The notes below the pieces were generated by a model. The model was not told where the DNA came from. It did not search any database and saw only the letters and a list, made by a program, of their open reading frames with translations. 64,000 bases of DNA from Eledone cirrhosa. Taxonomy: Eukaryota. Within the stretch, counting starts at the first letter, position 1, and each line of letters begins with the position of its first letter. The position numbers and the translations under genes were made by a program. Shown here one piece after another: positions 13,574-25,611 of this stretch. Location: positions 313,658,001 through 313,722,000 of the forward strand of contig OZ024741.1 in assembly GCA_964016885.1 (NCBI GenBank). Direction: 5' to 3'.

Positions 13574-14730
13574 TAGGAATCGCTTGTGAGGACAATGCAA
13601 GATACGTACAGTGGTGCTGTCAGTAAAGTGACAAGAGAAATGGAGTTTAGTGAGGAATTCCAGATACAAGCAGGTGTACATCAATGTCGCTCCTCAGCCC
13701 AATCTTTTCCATTATAGACCACCAAGCCATGACAGGGGAGTTTAAGACTGGCTGCCCATGGGAACTTCTATATGCTGATGATCTGGTTCTTATATCAGAT
13801 TGAGTACAGGAGCTAGAGAATATATTCTGGCTATGGAAACTGTAATTTGAATCAAGAGGCCTGAGAGAGAACATAGCTAAAACAAAAGTGTTGATAAGTG
13901 GAAGAGAGGATAATGCTCTGATTCTATCAGGGAAATGGCCATGTTAGATATATAGAAAAGGAACTGGCATAAATTCCATAAAATATACACAATGCTGATC
14001 TTGGAGACACAATTGATGTAGTGCGTTAGCAGGCAAACTAACAGGTAGGGAAAACTACATATGCAATAGATGTACAGGGAATGTTGGCAGTAGTAATTAC
14101 TGTGATAGACTCATTTTTCCAATGCAGGTGGGTTCTATAGAAGTGACTGATAGCTTCCGGTACCCAGGTGATAAGATACGCATGGGAGGAGGGTGTTCCG
14201 CGTCCATATTATCTAGAATAAGGGCGGATTGGAAGAAGTTTATGGAGTTTCTTCCTCTGTTGATAAAGAAGTGGTTCTCCATGCGTACAAATTGACGGCC
14301 ATATGATACATGTGTGAGATGTGACGATACTGCATGGTAGTTAGAAATGGACAACAACTGCTGAAGATATACGACGGCTGGAGAGAAATGAAGCAAGTAT
14401 GTTCCGTTGTATGTGCAATTGTAATGTGCGTGAACGACCAAGCATAGACGAGTTGAGAAGGAAACTGGGTATAAGGGGGATACATTGTAGTGTGCAGGAG
14501 AGAACGCTGAGACGGTATGGACATATGATGTGATTGGAGGATGAGCGCTGTGTGAAGAAGTGCCAGGAAGTCAAAGTGGAGGGAAGACGCAGTACGGGTA
14601 GACCACGAAGAACATGGGAGGGTCTGGTGCAAGTCAACGAGGAGATGACAAAGGACCGTGACAAGTGAGGAGATGCTGTGCTGAATAGGACCCGTCCAAC
14701 CATTGCTAGCTGGGAAAAGCGGGCGGAAAA
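13574..14730 (+). mobile_element. RTE-like LINE fragment
   Basis: Paralog of 7622 plus 3' part; tatgctgatgatctg (YADDL); stops and frameshifts. Confidence 0.8.
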
Positions 14731-14779
14731 ATTATAATAAATAAAAATGCTCGTGAAGAAAGTACAATTTAGAAATTAT

Positions 14780-14927
<148 letters not shown>

Positions 14928-15371
14928 ATTTCAAAGTAAAAATGTCGCAAATACATATCGTAGTAACTGATAAAATATAGTGTAAATTTGAAGGTTTATA
15001 TATGTTGTTTCTCATGGTATTGTTTGTTTCTTTCATTATGTTGTATATATATATTATATGTATATATATGTATGTATATATAAGTATGTATGTATATATG
15101 TGTGTGTGTATGTATGCATTTATATATATATATATATAACATATATATATATACAGTATATATTATATATATGTAAAAGGTAAACGGAAATAACAAGACA
15201 ATCGGTACAGTATATGGAAGGGATATGTTAGGTTAACGTTTGATATAGCAGGAATAGCGTCTCAGCATTTTGGACACTAGTCCTCCATTAGAAGAAACAA
15301 TGAGAAATAAAATAGATTGAGGGGGCAGTTGAATTGGAATTGGAATAAAAATAAAAATAACAGGTTCATCT

Positions 15372-15425
15372 GAACATGTTCAGATGGACGTTCTGCAGGT
15401 TATATTGGTGTCAATTGCCAAGAAG
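15372..15425 (+). pseudogene. 5'-truncated EGF exon (last 54 nt)
   Basis: gaacatgttcagatggacgt...caagaag|gtatct; original acceptor and first 81 nt deleted; Cys TGT>CGT. Confidence 0.8.
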
Positions 15426-15493
15426 GTATCTCATAAAATTGTTACGTACTTACTATACACACACACATTCACGCACACACACACACACACGCA

Positions 15494-15573
<80 letters not shown>

Positions 15574-16387
15574 CACACATCTATTCGTATATATTTAATT
15601 ATATATAAAAAAATTATATATATACCTTATATGCCGGTATGAAAGTTGATGCGCTGCATAAGTCGACCCATCAAATGTTGTGGTGTAATTCAGGTGGAGG
15701 CCTATATACACCGGTTGAGACGGCACCCCAGGTATAAGGCTTTACCATCTCCTCAGCCGTAGATATGCTTGCCGTTGTTTATTTGCACAAAATATAAAAT
15801 ATGGAAATAAACACTAAATAGTTGTAAAATTAAAATGCATGTGAGGAAAGTACAAATTGTAAAATTTATATTTCATTTCACAAAACGATTTAACTGAACT
15901 GTTTTATTAGTAAACAACATGCTACCACACCGTCACTTGATATGCGCTAATTTAAAAAAACCTAAATATTCCTTATCCAATGTGTATCAGCATTACATGG
16001 AGATATATTTTTATTTCGACGTGTTTGTTTCATGGAAAAATCACAGCAGATTTTCCAATAGTTTCGATAATTCAGTGAATCAGTATACCATTAATCTTAC
16101 AACTATGATATTCATGATAATATTATATCTATTTTGGAAGGATTATACATGTTGTTTTTCTAATAATATTGTTTGTTTCTTTTATAATGTTATTAACATT
16201 GCATTTAACTGAACTAAAAATCCATCTATAATTTATAGAAGATCGATATAACATTCAATATTTCTACAAGTTAATTGGTTTATCCCAAGCCCACTTTAAT
16301 CTTGAAATTTGCTATCAAATCGTATCAATGATTTTTGTATGTAATTAATGATATCTTCAACTTTATCATATATATTGATATATTTAG

Positions 16388-16522
16388 AATGCCGAGAAGG
16401 AAATTTTGGTGTTGCTTGTAATGGGACATGCCATTGTATCAACAACATGAACTGTGACAAGCGAAATGGAAGATGTTCAGATGGATGTTCTGCAGGTTAT
16501 ACTGGTGACAATTGCCAACAAG
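16388..16522 (+). CDS. EGF-module exon (class C)
   Basis: atttag|...|gtatct; ECREGNFGVACNGTCHCINNMNCDKRNGRCSDGCSAGYTGDNCQQ. Confidence 0.85.
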
Positions 16523-16620
16523 GTATCTCATAACAATGTTACGTACTTATTAGACACACAAACACACACATACATATACAAACACACACACAGAGACACA
16601 CATATAAACATATTTATATA

Positions 16621-16688
<68 letters not shown>

Positions 16689-16691
<3 letters not shown>

Positions 16692-19600
16692 GGTAACAAG
16701 TTATCGTTATAGGTAATCCAGTTAGATGTTGTGAGTACTCTGAGTCGTGGATAGTTTTAACGTACGGCTTTGCTTAACTCAACAATATGTTTCCATAGTT
16801 AGGGAGCGAGTTCGCGCTAAATCCTATGTAGGTTCTACTTGGAGTAATAATAGTGAAAGTATGAAGAGTAACATCGTTGGCTGTGCAACAAGGGGTTTTA
16901 TGTCAGGTATTGACAATTGTTTCATTGATCAGGTGAGTCTAGAGGTCGCTAATCGCTTGAAGTTGCTCAATTCGATCTCCATTATATTATTTACTTTAAA
17001 CCAACTCCTCAGAATACAAAAAACAATTCACTCAAGGCAAAATATATAGAGAGAAATAGAGTATAATCAAAACAATAACATCAATAATAAAATATATATG
17101 ATACATAGGTAGAGAGGTTACAGATGTAAATGTATAATGTAAAAGATAAGAAAAAGGGTACAGTAAAAAGTAAGGAAATGGAAAAAAATATAAATAAATA
17201 AGGATAAGTGAGATCATGTAAGTACAGTATATGATAGTGGTAGTAGAGAGTCTGATGTAGTGACAAATAAAAGAAAAAGCATAAATTAGAGATTAATGGG
17301 GAGATACTAGTATGAGATTTAAGGGTAAGGGTGGATGGTGAAGGGATCTTTGACAAATGTGTGTAGTAAATATTTTGCTGATTGTCCTGTCTTAATGGAT
17401 GTGATGCTGTTTCAGGAGAGCGGGTGAAATAGATGTTAAGATATTTATGATCTAGTGACCAGTTGGTTGTTTGGCAGCTAAGAGCGGTCTGATTGTGTCT
17501 ATTGCATACGTTGAAATTCTGGTGGTTCAGTTCTAAATTTGGTATTGTTGGCTCGAATCACGTGGTTTAAAACTTGTGAACTTGGTAGCTATTTTATGCC
17601 TACAGAAAATTGATCTTTCTATTTTGCTGTTAAGCAGCATCTTATCGTACCTTAAAATATGGAATAGCTCCATATTACAAATTCTGCAGTGGGGCATTCC
17701 ATTGTCGTTAGCCCTTGCTTCTGATATTTTGACCAGCTAATCCCATATTCCTGGTTTGTGTTTGTAAGCTGCAAGATTTTATTGGCTTGCGTCGTAGAAT
17801 TATATAGTCTACGGTTCTTCATGGAGTGTCTGTGGACGTACCACCCTTTTTTTAACTCCCCAGCCGTGGAACCTATGTAGTGCCAAGTAGAGTTGCCTGA
17901 ATTTACAGTACACAGGTACACCATACTCGAATCCACGCATCTATTTTTCAGTGTGCACTTATCCGGTAGGTGGCAATTACAGTTGGAGGCTTTTCTTTGT
18001 GCCGCTTCTCCGTTGCGGTTTTGTATGTTCGTTGTGGGTGGGTTGATATTTAGGCCAATTAGTGTTTTGTTGTGATGCGCCCTAGTGTATGTGTGGTTGG
18101 GATGTTATGTGTTTGCGTTTTGTATTTGGTGCTATGATGTATATTGGTAGGTTATTTTCTTTAGAGATGTTTTTGTGGTTGATTTTACGTATGTGTGATT
18201 CTATGTTGGCTGCAGTAGAGTAAGATTGTTTGATAGTTCTTCTATTAAAGAATCTATGGTATTTGAGTAGATTAACAAAGTGTTTGTCTATTAGCTTAAA
18301 TAATGTAGAAGACAGTTTTGTTTTTATAGAGGACTTGGATATTGGATTGAACCATAGGTATTTTCTATCATAGGTATCTTCTATGCTTAGTCCTATGCTT
18401 GTTATTTCATAAGGTGTGGGTAGTGTAGTTTTCGTTAGGGTTGTTGCTGCTGTCCCTATCTGGTATGTTCTCCAACCCCTCTTTACGTCCTACCTTATGT
18501 ATAGCTATATTATAATACTTTGGGTGTTCGTTAAAAATATCTAGGTTAGAAGGTAGGCTGCATATTCTGAAGGATATACTATGTGCTATGGTGTTAATTA
18601 TGGATCGGGGGTGGTCGTTAATTATGGATCGGGGGTGGTTGTTATTTTATGGAAGGGCTCTATTAATCTGGTGATTAGGTTGAGTGTTACATCTAAGATG
18701 TTTGATTTTTTTAGAATTAAGTTCGAACGTAGTACCTAGGCCTAGTTTGTTAAAGAAGGCTCTGATGTTTTTTCGTAATTTTTCCATGTTTTGATTATTT
18801 AAGTTTTTGTCTAAAAGGAATGTGTCGTCTCTATAAATTCATCCCTCGTGGTTATTGAATTCCTTATGTAAGTTGTGCGCTATATATATTCACACGAATT
18901 CCGTTACCTGTGCCGAGTCGTTAGATCCCATTGTGATATTGAAGCTATTCTGTCTATTCTTACGTTCCCAGTAACTATTTTCGAATCTAATGATAGTTCT
19001 CCTAGTAGCATTATTATTTTAATTTCGTCCGAGGTAAGGTACGAATTTTCCTGGGCAAAGGTTAGCGCTTTATCTAGGGTGACTGGGGATATGGATGAGT
19101 AGTAGTCATCAATGTGGAACTGTACGAAGTTGGATATTTCTCTACTGTCTATTTTGCTGAACCAGTCTATTGCTTCGTTAGTGTTACCCCATACCTTCAT
19201 TACTAGTTCGTCCTTGATTTGTGCGATTACACTATCTAGTATATACTTCGCAATTCTATCTATATACGACTTCGATGGGCATATTAATCTAATCGCGGGC
19301 TCTATTTCGAAATTATATTTGTGATCCTTTAGGTTAAATGTGGGGTTACAAGGTGCTAGAGGCTTGGTTCTATCAGATGTTTTCAGTTTTTAGAATGCTA
19401 AGTCCTTCTTTAATAATGCTAGTGAGTGCAGATTCTGTTGTTTGTTTGTATTTTTTGTGCAGTTCACGACGTACACAATTATTGTATGTATTAAGTCTCA
19501 TGTCGTATATGCTTCAAGTTTTATCTCCTTTTACTATAATACCGTTGGCGTTGCATAGTTCTTTTAGAAGTGTATTGATGTCGTTTTACAATTTGTTGTG

Positions 19601-20585
19601 ATGTGTCATTACTTTGAATTTGGTTCCACCTATCATGTTCATGGGGTCGAGTTCGAAGGCATCGAGCTGGGGGTTATTCGGAGGATTTTTCAGGATTTGA
19701 ATCCGTATATTTTCCTAGTAATTTCCTCCGTGTTATTAGCGTGTCCTTTATCATAATGATAGGCCTTCCATCGGATTCGACTAATGAAGTCATTAGTCCT
19801 TGTTAGTATGTATAGGTATGTTTTTCAATGACATATCTATGTGGTGATTTTCCATTTTAGTGCCGTGCGTTAAAGTTGTTGCTCAACCTAGTGGGAGCTG
19901 GGTATATGGGGTAACAAGTTATCGTTATAAGTAATCCAGTTAGAGGTTGTCAGTACTCTGCGTCATGGATAGTTTTAACGTACTGCTTTGTTTAACTTAA
20001 CAAGATGTTTCCATAGTTAGGCAACGAGTTCGCGGTAATTCCTATGTAGGTTCTACTTGGAGTAATAATAGTGAAAGTATGAAGAGTAACATGGTTGGTT
20101 GTACATCAAGGGACTTTGTATGTTTCGAATATGACTTTTTATGTTAGCAAAAAACCCACCACACAATCCTTATACGAACAACACTTACTCACCACCACCA
20201 CTATCATACTCTGTACTTACATGGTCTCACTTATTCTTATTACTTTATATTTTTCCATTTTCTTACTTTTTTACTGTATCTTTTTTCTTATCTTTTACTT
20301 TTTATATTTTACATCTGTAACCTCTCTACCCATTATCATATATATTTTATTATTGTTGTTATTGTTTTGATTATACGCTATTTCTCTCTATATATCTTGC
20401 CTTGAGAGAATTGTTTTTGTATTATGTGGAGTTGGTTAAAGGTAAATAATGTAATGGATCTCGAGTGCCGCAACTTCGAGCGATTATCGAGCTCTAGACT
20501 CACCTGATCAATAAAGCAAGTGTCAATGCCTGAAATAAGGCCCCGTGTTGTACAGCCAACCATGTTAACCTTCATCCTTTCACTA
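16689..20585 (-). mobile_element. Penelope-like element family B with direct and inverted pLTR segments
   Basis: FVQFHIDDYYSSI (RT), SSMVYLCTV...HYIGST...KKxWYxHRHS (GIY-YIG); 16689-16893 repeated directly at ~19905-20110; ~16850-17270 inverted at ~20160-20585. Confidence 0.8.
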
Positions 20586-21082
20586 TATACACCCTATATT
20601 CCGGTGTAAATTTTGATCCGCTGCATATACGTCCCATCAAATATTATGGTGTAAGTTAGGTTGAAGCCTATAGACACCGGTTGATACGACACACCAGGTA
20701 TAAGCCATTATCATCTGGCCAGCCGCAATTATGCTTGCCGTTAACAAAAGGATTTAACTGAAGTGTTTTATTAGTAAACAATATGCTATCACACCCACAA
20801 TTGATAGGCGGAATTTTTAAAAACCTAAATACTCTTTATCCAGTGTGTATCATTGTTACGTGGCGATATGATTTTACTTTCGACCTGTTTTGTATTGTGG
20901 CGAAATCACCGGAGATTTTCCGATAGTTTAGATAATTCAGTGAATCAGTATACCATTCATATTATAACTATGATATTCATGATAATATTATAGATATATA
21001 TGTGTGTATATATTTATGTATGTATGTATTTATGTATGTATGTGTGTGTGTATGTGTGTATGTATGCATATATATATATATA

Positions 21083-21720
21083 TGTCAGGTCACCACTTGG
21101 TGCTACTGGTAACATGTATCCCAGTACAACCTGTCTCATGGTCGGGTCGTTGGCGACTAAACTGGCAACCCCACTAAGGTTTCTTGGTGAGGAGGGTGAC
21201 TTTGGACATCCTGCAGGACTAAAAACAAAACCTGTCAAAGGGCAAAGGAGCTCTTAAGAGTCAATGGCCATCCAAAATCACCGGGAGAGATGACCCCTTA
21301 GCCTTTGTCAAGGCAGAATTCTAGGAGAAGGAAAACTCTGATATAACACCTGCAACCCTGATGGTATCCAATGATGTTGACTTGTTCTTCTTTTTGGTAA
21401 ATATCATCTTGGTTAAGAGAGTTGGTAAATATCATCTTGGTTAAGAGAGTGGGACTGGCTTTGTGCAGTGCCTTTGCTCACTATAAAAGCTTCACGGCAC
21501 AGGCATTGCTTTGTATCTGGAGATCTCTCTGCACTTGTCATTACATGGTACCATGGGCCCAGCACTATGTGTCAATAATTGTCACAAGTGTAGTGTTTGT
21601 ACCAGAGTTTTCAAGTTGCTGGCTGGACTAAAAAGTCACACTCGTTCAGCGTATCGGTAGGGGTTCTCCTACATGGTTATAAAGTAGTGGCCGTACTCGA
21701 AAACGAGTTGGCAGCCACCA
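21083..21720 (+). mobile_element. Unclassified young ~610-bp insertion (TG...CA), copy 1 with internal 28-bp tandem duplication
   Basis: Sits in a (TA)n tract; absent from sister site ~29990. Confidence 0.7.
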
Positions 21721-22016
21721 TATATATATATACAGTATATTATTGTAGAATATGGTAATATTTGGAAGGATTATATATGATATTTTTCTTATAGTATTGT
21801 TTGTTACTTTCATAATGTTATTAATATTGCATTTAATTGAACTAAAAATCCAAGTATTTTTTTATAAAGGATCGATATAATATTCAATAAATCTACAACT
21901 TCATTTGTTTAGCACAAGACCAGTTTATTCTTGAAATTTGATATAAAATTGTATCATTGATATATGTATGCAATTAATGATATCTTCAACATTATCATAT
22001 ATATTGTTAATTTTAG

Positions 22017-22151
22017 AATGCCGAGCAGGAAAGTTTGGTGTTGCTTGTAATGGGACCTGCCATTGTATCAACGACACGAACTGTAACAAGCGAAACGGCA
22101 CATGTTTAGAAGGATGTTCTGCAGGTTATGCTGGTGTCAATTGCCAAGAAG
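22017..22151 (+). CDS. EGF-module exon (class D)
   Basis: ttttag|...|gtattg; ECRAGKFGVACNGTCHCINDTNCNKRNGTCLEGCSAGYAGVNCQE. Confidence 0.85.
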
Positions 22152-22231
22152 GTATTGTTACGTAATTATTATACACACGCACACACACATACACACACAC
22201 CCCCACACACAAACACACAAATATACATATT

Positions 22232-22271
<40 letters not shown>

Positions 22272-22493
22272 TATATACATAAATACATTTATATATATAC
22301 CGTATATGACTTGTACGCGGGAATTTTTTAAAACCTAAATATTCCTTATCCAATGTGTATCAGCTTAGATGGCGATATATATTTACTGTCGTCCTGTTTT
22401 GTTTCGTGGGGAAATTACAGTAGTTTTTCGATAATTTAGAAAATTCAGTGAATCAGTATACCATTAATATAATAATTATAATATTAATACTAA

Positions 22494-23620
22494 TAGGAAT
22501 CGCTTGTGAGGACAATGCAAGCTACGTACATGGGTGCTGTAAGTAAAGTGATAATAGAAATGGAGTTTGTGAGGAATTCCATATAAAAGTAGGTGTACAT
22601 CAAGATTCGCTCCTCAGCCCAATCTTGTTCATTATAGTCCTCCAAGCCATAACAGAGGAGTTTAAGACTGGTGCCCATGGAATCATCTCTATGCTGATGA
22701 TCTGGTTCTTATAGCAGATTCAGTAGAGGAGCTAGATAATAAATTATGTCTATGGAAACAGCAGTTGGAATCAAGAAGCCTGAGACTGAACATAGCTAAA
22801 CAAAAGCGTTGATAAGTAGAATAGAGGACAATGCTCTGATTCCATCGGGGAATTGGCCATGATAGATATATAGGAATGGAACTGACATGAATTCCATGAA
22901 ATCTACGCAATGCTGATCTTGGAGACACAAGATATGTAGTGGGATAGCCGGCAAACTAACAGGTAGGGAAAACTACGTATGCAATAGAGGTACAGGGAAA
23001 GTTGGCAGTAGTAATCGCTGCGATAGACTCATTTTTCAAATGCAGGTGGGTTCTATAGAAGAGGTTGTTAGCTTTCGGTACCTAGGTGATGATATAAGCA
23101 TGGGAGGAGGGTTTTTCGCGTCCATAGTATCTAGAATAAGTACGGGTTGAAAGAAGTTTATGGAGCTACTTCCTCTGTTGAAAAAAGCGTTTCTCCCTGC
23201 GTAGAAAATGAAGGTTATATGATACGAGGATGCTGCATGGTAGTTAGAAATGGACACAACTGCTGGAGATTTGCGACGGCTGGAGAAAAATGAAGCAGGT
23301 ATGCACAGTTGGAGGGGCAATTTTAATGTGCGTCAACGACAAAGCATAGACGAGCTGAGTATAAGAGGGATAAGTTGTGGTGTGCAGGAGAGAAGGCTGG
23401 GATGATATGTACATATGATGTGCATGGAGGATGAGCGCTGGGTGAAGAAGTGCCAGGAAGTCCAAGTGGAGGGAAGACGCAGTGGAGGTAGACCACAAAA
23501 AACATGGCCGGAGCAGGTTAAACTCACCGAGGAGATGACAAAGGACCGTGACAAGTGGGGAGATGCTGTGCTGAATCGGACCCGTCCAACCATTGCTAGC
23601 TGGGAAAAGCGGGCGGAAAA
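22494..23620 (+). mobile_element. RTE-like LINE fragment
   Basis: Same insertion site in the cassette; YADD motif. Confidence 0.8.
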
Positions 23621-23725
23621 ATTATAATAAAAAAAAATGCTCGTGAAGAAAGTACAATTTAGAAATTATACTTTTGTGTATGTGTGTGTGTGTTTGTATG
23701 TGTGAGTGTGTGTGTGTGTGTGTAT

Positions 23726-23772
<47 letters not shown>

Positions 23773-23934
23773 TGTGTGGGTGGGTGTGTGTGTGTGTGTT
23801 TATTTCAAAGTAAAAATGTCGCAAATACATATCGTAGTAACTGATAAAATATGGTGTAAATTTGAAGGTTTATATATGTTGTTTCTCATGGTATTGTTTG
23901 TTTCTTTCATTATGTTGTATATATATATTATATG

Positions 23935-23970
<36 letters not shown>

Positions 23971-24285
23971 TGTATGTATGTATGTATGTATATATAAGTA
24001 TGTATGTATATATGTGTGTGTGTATGTATGCATTTATATATATATATATATAACATATATATATATACAGTATATATTATATATATGTAAAAGGTAAACG
24101 GAAATAACAAGACAATCGGTACAGTATATGGAAGGGATATATTAGGTTAACGTTTGATATAGCAGGAATAGCGTCTCAGCATTTTGGACACTAGTCCTTC
24201 ATTAGAAGAAACAATGAGAAATAAAATAGATTGAGGGGGCAGTTGAATTGGAATTGGAATAAAAATTAAAATAACAGGTTCATCT

Positions 24286-24339
24286 GAACATGTTCAGATG
24301 GACGTTCTGCAGGTTATATTGGTGTCAATTGCCAAGAAG
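24286..24339 (+). pseudogene. 5'-truncated EGF exon, copy 2
   Basis: Same junction as 15372. Confidence 0.8.
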
Positions 24340-24413
24340 GTATCTCATAAAATTGTTACGTACTTACTATGCACACACACATTCACGCACACACACACAC
24401 ACACGCGCGCACA

Positions 24414-24466
<53 letters not shown>

Positions 24467-25329
24467 ACGCACACGCACACGCACACGCACACGCACACGC
24501 ACACACACACACACACACACATCTATTCGTATATATTTAATTATATATAAAAAAATTATATATATACCGTATATGCCGGTATGAAAGTTGATGCGCTGCA
24601 TAAGTCGACCCATCAAATGTTGTGGTGTAATTCAGGTGGAGGCCTATATACGCCTGTTGAGACGGCACCCCAGGTATAAGGCTTTAGCATCTCCTCAGCC
24701 GTAGATATGCTTGCCGTTGTTTATTTGCACAAAATATAAAATATGGAAATAAACACTAAATAGTTGTAAAATTAAAATGCATGTGAGGAAAGTACAATTT
24801 GTAAAATTTATATTTCATTTCACAAAAAGATTTAACTGAACTGTTTTATTAGTAAACAACATGCTACCACACCGTCACTTGATATGCGCTAATTTAAAAA
24901 AACCTAAATATTCCTTATCCAATGTGTATCAGCATTACATGGAGATATATTTTTATTTCGACGTGTTTGTTTCATGGAAAAATCACAGCAGATTTTCCAA
25001 TAGTTTCGATAATTCAGTGAATCAGTATACCATTAATCTTACAACTATGATATTCATGATAATATTATATCTATTTTGGAAGGATTATACATGTTGTTTT
25101 TCTAATAATATTGTTTGTTTCTTTTATAATGTTATTAACATTGCATTTAACTGAACTAAAAATCCATCTATAATTTATAGAAGATCGATATAACATTCAA
25201 TATTTCTACAAGTTAATTGGTTTATCCCAAGCCCACTTTAATCTTGAAATTTGCTATCAAATCGTATCAATGATTTTTGTATGTAATTAATGATATCTTC
25301 AACTTTATCATATATATTGATATATTTAG

Positions 25330-25464
25330 AATGCCGAGAAGGAAATTTTGGTGTTGCTTGTAATGGGACATGCCATTGTATCAACAACATGAACTGTGAC
25401 AAGCGAAATGGAAGATGTTCAGATGGATGTTCTGCAGGTTATACTGGTGACAATTGCCAACAAG
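25330..25464 (+). CDS. EGF-module exon (class C, copy 2)
   Basis: Same sequence and splice sites as 16388-16522. Confidence 0.85.
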
Positions 25465-25562
25465 GTATCTCATAACAATGTTACGTACTTATTAGACACA
25501 CAAACACACACATACATATACAAACACACACACAGAGACACACATACAAACATATTTATATA

Positions 25563-25608
<46 letters not shown>

Positions 25609-25611
<3 letters not shown>

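Noticed and set aside
16895-16945. Minus-strand CTGATCAatGAAACaattGTC in Penelope B pLTR as a minimal hammerhead
   Set aside because: G8 is missing, there is no stem II, stem I does not pair, and the inverted paralog at ~20495 does not keep the motif.
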